In this document: positions 54,664 through 64,000 of the stretch, piece by piece
Position numbering within the stretch: the first letter of the stretch is position 1
Layout of the letters: each line of letters opens with the position of its first letter
Origin: Octopus sinensis
Lineage: Eukaryota
Direction of reading: 5' to 3'
DNA length: 64,000 nt
NCBI RefSeq assembly: GCF_006345805.1
Contig: NC_043003.1
Span: forward strand, 66,588,001-66,652,000
Notes under the pieces: generated by a model
Seen by the model: the letters and a program-made list of their open reading frames with translations, nothing else
What the model was told of the DNA's origin: nothing
Database searches by the model: none
Translations under genes and position numbers: made by a program

Positions 54664-55240
54664 TTGTGTTTGTCTCCCATCATTTCTTAACAAACAATTT
54701 TGTTTTGTTCGGCAAAAGAGACCGCTAGAATAAATATAAGGCTTAAGAAAAAAATACATCCTGGAGTTGATTTGATCGATTAAAGCCCGTCACGGTGGTG
54801 CCCCAGCATGGCCGCAGTCAAATTGCTGAAACATATAGTATATATATAGATATGTATCTTTTACTTTTTATATTCATTTTGACTACGATCATGCTTAGAC
54901 ACCGGCTTGAAGAAATTTTTATCGAACTAATCGGCCACAGGACATATTTTTTTGTTAAGGCCGGGATTGAATCTATCGGACTCTTTTGTCAAACCGCTTG
55001 GTCACGGGAAGAAACACACCAACACTACTGAAACTGTGGTGGGGGACAATCAAACAAACTCACACACATACACACATACGACAGGGCTCTTTCAGTTCTA
55101 CCAAGCAAATCTACTCACAGCGCTTTGGTTGGCCTGTGGCTATATAGTAGAAGATACCTGCTAGAGATGCCACGTAATGGGACTGAAACCAGAACCATGT
55201 TGCTGGCAAGCGAACTTCTCACCACGCAACCATACCACGC
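54424..55240. mobile_element. Two family B SINE copies tail-to-tail
   Basis: Plus copy 54424-54830, minus copy 54850-55240. Confidence 0.75.
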
Positions 55241-55912
55241 ACCCACTTACACATATATACATGTATGTATATATGTTTTGTATGTAGCATAAAATATTAT
55301 TAATAAGGGATTCCCTATCCAGGCAAAATACTTCTTAAGGCATCTGCTGATAGAAATACAATAGGCTAACAAAACGTTTTCTAACACCAGGTAATCCTGA
55401 GGCGACATTTGCGGTTGAAGCCGAAAACCCACCGACTTTGTTAATCCATCATTACATTAGCAAGTTAACCCGATATGTATTCACTGAGTAACATACAGCA
55501 AACTGCATAAATAGTGGGCTCTATAAATTTATGTGGGCATTATAGACTTGCGTCTATTTCTGAGACTAATCTGAGGTGCTTTCAACTTTCCGTTTCACCA
55601 GTCGGTCGATTGATCGATTGAGGGAAGAGAACGACTCTTATATATGCTAATGTCTTCAGAGACAGCGCATCGTTTGCCGAAAAGAAAACAAAATTTAAAA
55701 ATATATATACATACATAAACACGCGCATGCACGAACACACGCACACACGCACACACACACACACACACACATACATACACACACATGCACACACACGCAA
55801 TAATTTGTATTTATGTATGTATGGAATTTCAGCATCAACAGCTGGGTATTCTTGTATGTATGTATGTATGTATGTATGTATGTATGTATATATGTATGTA
55901 TGTATGTATGTA

Positions 55913-56708
55913 CATAGATCATTATTCAGTTTTATTTCAAGATTTCTTGCCAATAGAGAAAGAGCCGGTTTCTAACCTAGATCCAAAGCTCCTTCACTGG
56001 AATTTCAACATCAATAGGGAATTTTGTATGTATGTATACTTGCAAATTCGCATGTTTTGTTTTATGTATGTATTCTCATGCATATAGTTGCATATCTAGA
56101 CATGTTCATATATACTGAAAAGATAAACTTCTGGAAAGTTTTACAGATATTTAAAGTTCCAGTGATGACTTTGATCTGTAGACTTCGAACCAGCCTTCTC
56201 CTTTCTGGTTTTGAGAAGCCTCATTTATCAGGATTGGTATTTAGGTAGTCAGTTACTTGTCCCAGTGCCTGGATAATTACAGGTCTAAACCTTAAATTGT
56301 AATCTGGATAGAGTAACTGCAGAGAATACCTACGCTGAGCTATTGAGAAATAGCTCAGCGTAGGTATTCTCTCTTTCTCTGATCTTTAGCTTTATGTTAA
56401 CAGCTACTGGGCAGCTGATTTCCACAACTGTACAAAATTTCTCTTCTCTATCCCAAATCATTATATCAGATCTATTGTGTTTCTATTTTATTGAGGTTTT
56501 CACTGGGACATTCCACCAGTACTCCTTTCTATTATGAGTGGCTATAGCTTCTACCATATTGTGTGCTTTTTTATTTCTTTGTCCTCAGGGTTATCCTTCC
56601 GACGACCTCATTATATCGTGTCCTAGCTACAACATCATGTATCATCGGTAGATAATACCGTGACGACACTTTTGGACAACTTCTTACGATGTGGGTGATA
56701 TCTTTGTT
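55913..56708 (-). mobile_element. RLE-type (R4-like) LINE 3' fragment in (TACA)n
   Basis: Minus translation with frameshifts: DITHIVRSCPKVSSRYYLPMIHDVV, EYWWNVPVKT, HNRSDIMIWD, VEISCP, KENTYAEL, QLLYPDY..PVIIQALG, ICKTFQKF. (TATG)n on both flanks. Confidence 0.8.
56321..56372. repeat. Perfect 24-bp hairpin with 4-nt loop
   Basis: AGAGAATACCTACGCTGAGCTATT-GAGA-AATAGCTCAGCGTAGGTATTCTCT. Confidence 0.95.
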
Positions 56709-56791
56709 ATGTATGCATGTAGTATGTGTATCTGTATATATATGTGTGTGTGTATGTATATATCTATATATCTATACATATATATATGTAT

Positions 56792-56843
<52 letters not shown>

Positions 56844-57039
56844 GTATATACATATATATGTATATGTTTGTATGTATGTATGTGTCTATGTATGTATGTG
56901 TGCGTGTATGTATGTATGTATGTATGTATATATGTATAGGCGTAGCTGTGTGGCAAGTAGCTTGCTTTCCAGCCACTAAGTTCTGGGTTCAGGCTGCTGC
57001 TATAGCCACGCGCCAACCAATATGTTGTGAGTGCTACTG

Positions 57040-57545
57040 GTAACATGTAACCCAGTACAACCTGTTGCATGATCGGGTCGTCGGCGACTAAACCGGCAAC
57101 CCCACCAAGCTTGCTTGGTGAGGAGGGTGTTTATTAGACACCCTACGGGATGAAAAACAAAACCCGTCAAAGGGCGGAGGAACTCTTGAGAGTCACCGGC
57201 CATCCAATAAATATCTTAAGGCTGTATCATGCGCGGGGATATAGAAATAATCGGACTGAGTACCCGATCGCGCGGTTAAACCATTGGGAGTGAAGGACTT
57301 CTAGCCTTTGTTAGGGCATCCTTCTAGGAGAAGGTAACTCAGGTAACTGGGATAACTCCGACATAAAACTTGCCGCTCACTGGTTACCGATGATGTTGAC
57401 TTGTTCTTCTTTTCGTATTACGGCTGCTGTTGCTTAGTGAGTGGGATTGACTCAGTGCACAGCCTTTCCTCACTTTAAAATAAATCTTATTGCACATTGC
57501 TTCGTGCAATGGCCATACTCGATAACGAGGGGGCAGCCACCATGT
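57040..57545 (+). mobile_element. Structured element resembling an RTE LINE 5' UTR
   Basis: GGGCATCCTTCTAGGAGAAGGTAACTC resembles the RTE 5' UTR motif as I recall it. There are consecutive hairpins upstream, and the element interrupts a SINE B copy. Confidence 0.35.
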
Positions 57546-58066
57546 ATTTTTGCGTGTATAATTTTTCCAATGAAAATATCTTTTCAAAGTTTCACTCCAT
57601 AGAAACTTCGAAGTCACTGTCACATTCACCCCCTCTTCTTATAAATATATTATAAAAATGTACTCTACCAAAAAGTGTCAAGTAATCCTTCAGATATATA
57701 TATATGTATATATATATATGTAAAAAAGTACAAACTGGGACAAGAACGCAAAACATTTAGAAGACGATACAAAAAACACGGACGAGACATTCGAAGCTTT
57801 CAATCTTCAGTCAAGAACCGGATCATCCTCGCAATTTCGGTTGATTAATCTTGAGATCGCTCCGATCCGGCCAGCCCCAAGGAAAAACTAAGCTACAAGC
57901 ATTAGATTTCTTGAAAAAAAGATCGAATGTATACGAAACAAAGACAGAAAAACGGACGATTACACACGAATATAAATACAAAAGACAATAATAGTAATAA
58001 CAGGACAAAAACAGCGGGTGTCGTACGACTTTAGACAGTTCAACTTAGCTTAACTGGCGTATTTGG

Positions 58067-58100
<34 letters not shown>

Positions 58101-58101
<1 letters not shown>

Positions 58102-58218
58102 CATCCATGTATATATATATATATATAGCATCCCTGTGAGACCAGCATTAATATATATATATATAGCATCCCTGTATATATATATATATATATAGCATCC
58201 CTGTGAGACCAGCATTAA
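58101..58218. repeat. Two-level tandem repeat built on (TA)n
   Basis: [GCATCC(C/A)TGT (TA)n GCATCCCTGTGAGACCAGCATTAA (TA)n] twice. Confidence 0.9.
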
Positions 58219-58463
58219 TATATATATATATATAGATATAGATATATATATATGATAATATTTTTTTCAGAGAAAAATTTCACCAAAAGTGGCAGCATAT
58301 TAAAATACCTTTAGAGGTTAAAATTTTATATACAACTTATAAACAAGGGCAAAAGAAAAATTATTTCTATGCCAATATGCTGATAACAGACTTTAAATCG
58401 TCAATTTCCACATTTCATTATACATTCACTAGGGAATAATTTTTCTTTAGCCCTTGTTTATAA

Positions 58464-58890
<427 letters not shown>

Positions 58891-59384
58891 TATGCAGGGA
58901 CAAGGAGAAGAAGAGAAATAATTATCGATACACTAGAGGAAGTAAAATTATTATCGATACACTAGCTATAAAGAAACAAGTAGACTGGGAATCATAAATA
59001 TTAGTAAAGAATGAAATTTTCGGAATATCTAAAGCAGCAAATTTCAGATTGCTCTTCCGGAAAACCATCAGCCATTGTTGGTTTACAGATAGAAAAGCTT
59101 GAACAGAAAACATCTGTCGATGCAGGTATAAGAGGGAACTAATGAAACGATTAACTTTATGATATTTCCTTTTCGTTTAAGATTCAGTTTTCTCTCGCCG
59201 AGCTTGATAAAATAAAATCAAGGGTTTAGTTTTCAAATATCTCAGCCTGAAACTTTGTCAGAAATCATTGTTATAATTTTATATAGATTAAGATAATTAT
59301 TGATTAAAATTTCGGTAGAGTACTGAACGAAATATGCTGCAGTATTTCTTTATTTCCTTTTACTCCCTTAGTTTAAAATATGTT

Positions 59385-59682
59385 TGTTCCTTCTCAAGCC
59401 ACGCATGGCTCATAAGGGCCGGTTTTCCAGTTTCCTTGGCGTATAGTTTCCCAACCTGGAAGGGACGTCGGTCCGTTGCAGGTGAGCTGCAAGATGCAGG
59501 AGGAAAGAGTGAGAGAAAGTTGTGGCAAAAGAGTTAGCAGAAGTTCGCCATTACCTTCTGCCGGAGCCGTGTGGAGGTTAGATATTTCACTCATAAACAT
59601 ACACATCACCCGGTCTTATATTCGAAGCCGCGATCTCTCGATCGCGAGTCCGCTGCTCTAACCCCTAGGTCATGTGCCTCCA
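59385..59682 (-). mobile_element. Family C-like SINE with RTE-like tail (tail type 4)
   Basis: Family C-like head and body, then ...GAAAACCGGCCCTTATGAGCCATGCGTGGCTTGAGAAGG. Confidence 0.7.
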
Positions 59683-60369
59683 CAGTTCAAAATATACAAC
59701 GCTGAAACTTAGCAATGTATTATTCTAGTCTGCGCAGGATCAAATAATTACTAGTCAAATACACGAATGAGCGAGAGAGAGCGCTTTTGCACTTCATAAA
59801 GGATCTGAGTTGTTAGCGCCTTGTTTGCATGAAGTTAAGTATATTTTTCATAAGTATGAACTTCGAATTTCGCTCTGCTATGGAGAGTAAAATATGTGAA
59901 ATTCAAAACTTTGATTTTTAAGAAATTATTTTAAAAAATATTAAAAAAAAACTTTTAATATTGTTTACACAACAACGCAATTTTTATGAAGGCAGTTTTT
60001 AGGGTAACACCCATGCATTAGATTTAATATGTGTGACATATACCCTCGAGGGCCAGGGATAAAATATGCGCACTTGAAAGAGGTGCATTTGCATGTATCG
60101 CACATATGATATTTTTCGTTAAAATGACAAGTGTTTCTTGATGAATTACACAAAATATTTCAAAATACATTCCAAAAAGAGATAACTTATTAAAAAATAG
60201 ATCCAGATTGCTTGCTGAAAGAGCGGAAAAGTGAGACTTTCAGTTATGTAATGAAAAACTACATTTACATATCAAAGTACCGCTCTTCAGTCTATCAACA
60301 GACATTTGCCTATGCATACATGGAAAGCGATGGGGAACATATACAAAAGAAAGAAAGAGGGAGACATAC

Positions 60370-60718
60370 ACACACACGACGGGCTTCACACAGTTTCCGT
60401 CTAACAGATTCACTCTTCAGGCATTGGCCGACTCGGAGTTATAGTAGAAAAGACTAAAGATAATACACAGTGGTACCGAATAACTATTTTTTTTTTTTTT
60501 TTGTACTTGTTTCAATCATTTGACTGCGGCCATGCTGGAGCACCGCCTTTAGAGTGGTGAAAGAGTACAGCAGGGATCACCACCATCCCCTGCCGGAGCC
60601 TCGTGGAGCTTTTAGGTGTTTTCGCTCAATAAACACACACAAAGCCCGGTCTGGGAATCGAAACCACGATCCTCCGACCGCAAGTCCGCTGCCCTAACCA
60701 CTGGGCCATTGCGCCTCC
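60370..60718 (-). mobile_element. Family B fragment plus family C SINE head/body
   Basis: Reverse-complement family C head ends at 60718; family B pieces at 60370-60545. Confidence 0.75.
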
Positions 60719-61210
60719 AATATTATATAACTATATTTTTGATGTATGCTATTTTATATGACTCCCCCATTTCTTTTGTTTTTTCTACTTTGTTTCACCG
60801 AATGCTGTGTGTTCAGCATCTCACGCTTCATAGAACCACCAAATATCTCATAGCAAAACAACTCAGCATAATGAATTTCTGAAGAAAATTCCATTAAAAA
60901 ATTCAACAAAATGGCGACGAATTTACTAAACCGCGATGCTAATTAAAATAACGGCTGAGGATGAGGGTGTAGCGTGAAACGATGTCACCTACATTAGCAG
61001 ACAGAAGCAGTAATAGGTATATAGTAGTTCAGTTGAAGGTTATGGACGTTGGGCTGCTTGTAATCATTGGTAAAAGTTGATGAAAAAGAGAAAGAAAAAG
61101 AAGAAGAGCAAATAATGAACGTGTGATTGATTCGCTGGAACGCTTTTCACGGTGACGCCGTTGCACACAAAGGCTTTATACAGATACGTGTATGTATGTA
61201 TATATATATA

Positions 61211-61316
<106 letters not shown>

Positions 61317-61392
61317 ATAAATATATATATATATATATATATAATATTATATTATATATATATATATATATAATATATATATATGTGTATCT

Positions 61393-61580
61393 CTCTATAT
61401 ATAAAACTGAGAATGAGTGTCTGTCTGTCTGTGTGTTTCCCTAAAACTTGAGAACCACACAACCAATTTCATTCAAATTTTACATATGCCTTACTTAGGG
61501 TCCATGTAGTTTCATGGGCAAAACACAATATGTTCAACTTCTTGCCTTGGGCGAGCCCATAGCAATATCATATCTTCTTC
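61393..61580 (+). mobile_element. Non-autonomous Helitron-like 5' end; related core at about 62720-62910
   Basis: TCTATATATAAAACTGAGAATG, (TGTC)n, then ACCAATTTCATTCAAATTTT. This layout resembles Lep1-type non-autonomous Helitrons. Confidence 0.45.
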
Positions 61581-61821
61581 ATTATTTTTCTATTTTATGT
61601 CAGATACTTTCACTTTAACAATATAAATTGTGGAAGTTAAACTCAAAGCATAAGGATGGACAAAATGTCACTAAGCATTTTGTCTGGCATGCAAATGATT
61701 CTGCCAGCTTGCTATCTTCCTGTATCCTAACAAATTAGTTATAAAATCAAACTAAATCGTAACATAACAAAAGTAAAAATAGCAATTGGTATAAAATTGC
61801 ATCAATGACTTGAACTTGAAT

Positions 61822-62345
61822 AAGTGGTTTCACATGAATGGGAAAATTCTTCGCATCAAATGGCAGAATCATGTCCCCAACAAAGATGTCCTCAAGCAAG
61901 CAGGAATACCAAGCATGTTTGCACTCCTCACACAAAGACGTATGAAATGGCTTGGGCATGTTAGCCGTATGGAAGATGGCAGAATCCCCAAGGACATACT
62001 CAACGGAGAGCTTGCTAGGGGCACTAGGTCTAGGAGAAGACCGTTATTACGATACAAGGATGTTTGCAAAAGGAACATGAATGCCTGCAACATCAATATT
62101 ACCAACTGGGAAGCAGTTGCCAGCAACCGTAGAGATTGGCGACGTACCGTAAAAGAGGGATCACAAAGGAGTGACATAGAGAGAGAGGAGAAATGGAAAG
62201 ACAAGAAAAGACGTCAACAAGAAACTGTGACATTACAACCAGCTAGGCAATGTCTTCGCTACATTTGCGGCACGTGCCAGAGGCAGTGTTTGTCCAGGAT
62301 AGGACTACACAGCCATAGAAGGAGATGTATTAGGACAACAATATA
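61822..62345 (+). mobile_element. RTE-clade (BovB-like) LINE ORF C-terminus
   Basis: ILRIKWQNHVPNKDVL...WLGHVSRMEDGRIPKDILNGEL..G.R..RPLLRYKD and a terminal C2H2 finger, CGTCQRQCLSRIGLHSHRRRC. Confidence 0.9.
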
Positions 62346-62648
62346 TATGGATTTCGTAGACAGGAACTGAAACAAATCAATCGTATATATATGTATGTAT
62401 ATATGTAAGTGTATGTGTGTGTCGTTGTCTCTGTGTCTCGCCCTCATCACTGCTTCACAATTGCTGTTCAATTATTTACATCCACATAACTTACTGGTTT
62501 CACAAGAACAAACTAATAGATTAAGTACTAGGCTTATCAACATAAAAAAGCATTAGGCTGTGTCGCATATTTTTGTTTGCCCACTCAGTTGTATCTATCA
62601 ATTTATCTTTGTATGTGTGTGTGTGTGTATATCTCTATCTACATCTCT

Positions 62649-62712
<64 letters not shown>

Positions 62713-62999
62713 TATATATATAAAACACCCTAACGGGAGCCTTAACTCCCAAATTTTAGTCATTTCTTTTATGATCCAAAACTAGGTCAAAAGTACTGAA
62801 CGGATCTTTATGAAATTTGGAAATTATATTCTATGCATAAGGGCCATAACCCCAATGAGAATTCATATATTTTTGCTGTTAATGAAATTTTAACCATAGA
62901 TATAAGACACAAATGAAGTAATATTTTTAAATTTCATCTTCTTACAAAGTTAGAAAGACCCCTCCATGGGGACTTAACACCAACAATTTTGTCATTTTA

Positions 63000-63450
63000 T
63001 CTAAGCAAAAACGAATACAGTTGTGCTCTTGAAAGTTGTAGGGTTACCCGAGCATAAAAGTTGTGCAATATTTCTAATTCAATGGTACTACAGTGTAACA
63101 GTTTGCTTTGAAATACACTTACATTGTTATTTCTGCAATGTGGTGCATAAATTGTCAAGTAAATGAGAGGCATCTTTGCCTCCACTGATTCAGTTGCAAA
63201 AGTGTTGAGTAAAGTTGATTGCAGACCTCCTTTCAGTCTTTTTATTATCACTCGGTCACACATAGTCCCCAGATGGTAACATTGATTTCAAGGCCTTCCC
63301 AAATGAGTGACTGGTAATTCAAAGACATCTATAGATTTTTAATTTATTCTGTCCAGTTACGTATCAGTATAGTGGTCATTTGCAAACTCCAGAGGTGACA
63401 CTTTAATTTCTCCTTAGCCCTCACGTCACACAGTTGTTAATGTTGATTTC
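63000..63450 (-). mobile_element. Possible L1/Tx1 APE endonuclease relic
   Basis: Minus-strand remnants NNCVT*GL and LTIYAP resemble the APE motifs N.RGL and VYAP. Confidence 0.3.
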
Positions 63451-64000
63451 AGTTGGGTCACGCCTTTCCAATTCCTATAGATTCGTAATGCATCTTACGG
63501 CTGTGCCTGCCACCTGGATGGTGAGGAATCCTACATTGGGAGTGGTAACGACTAGGGTAGGGTAACTGACTGCTTGTTGTAATCATTCGTCTTTTGGTTT
63601 CCTGTAGCTTTGCTCTCTTTTACAAACCCAGTGAACATATATTTCCTATTTCAAAGAAATTCAAACAATAGATATAAGACCCAAGTTAAAAAGATTTTCA
63701 ACAATTCAACTTCTCTGGTTGACATTAAGATGCCCACTCCCAACAGGGGCCTTAACTCTCACATTTTAGAGCTGCATGACCTTCATTTTTCAGGAGCAAA
63801 ATCATTTTAACAGGTTCAATAAGACTAGAATTTTGGAATATGCGCATAAAAATCAGTAGTGTGGGATACATGTGGCACGGTTACAATTTTTTTAGGGTGT
63901 GTAAAGAGGGAAATAACCCACATCTGCAATTTTGATGAAATTCGAAACATAGATATTCCAGTTCATTACAGAAGATATAACAGAAAAGTCTAATTCTTCA

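Noticed and set aside
56345-56348. GAGA (GNRA) tetraloop as evidence of a functional RNA
   Set aside because: The loop comes from the LINE codons TTG AGA AAT copied in the inversion, so it is coincidental.
57785-57815. Minus-strand CTGAAGA..GAA..GTC as a hammerhead
   Set aside because: A15.1 is missing, there is a 2-nt insertion, and stem I has only 2-3 pairs; at most a decayed remnant.

Overview
Eukaryotic, very AT-rich and microsatellite-dense DNA. The SINE families, microsatellite load and LINE relics point to an octopod cephalopod genome, probably Octopus (inference). There is a 100-N scaffold gap at 194-293. Only one host gene is supported: the first coding exon of a heparan sulfate glucosamine 3-O-sulfotransferase (HS3ST2/3/4/6-like) on the minus strand (20764 to 18355). 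It has an N-terminal hydrophobic anchor, a very long His/Gln/Ser/Asn/acidic low-complexity stem, the PAPS-binding loop and the EPHFFDR motif, and it ends at an AG|GTAAG donor. A 1-nt deletion in a (TCT)n run at about 19760 splits it into two ORFs, probably an assembly error. The rest of the catalytic domain was not found, so 1-18354 is probably one long intron. Everything else is repeats: dozens of tRNA-derived SINE copies from several families, R4/Dong-type RLE LINE fragments, RTE and L1/Tx1 fragments, a mariner relic, hAT and foldback MITEs, Helitron/Helentron-like elements, and Penelope-like fragments carrying hammerhead ribozyme motifs. No CRISPR array, rRNA or intact tRNA gene is supported. 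The most interesting signals are hammerhead motifs with non-canonical cores, retroelements that partition by microsatellite type ((TAA)n, (TACA)n, (TA)n), the giant HS3ST stem with its uORF-rich leader, an intronic foldback next to the splice donor, and a strong SINE strand bias inside the intron. All family assignments were made by eye without database searches, and boundaries are approximate.
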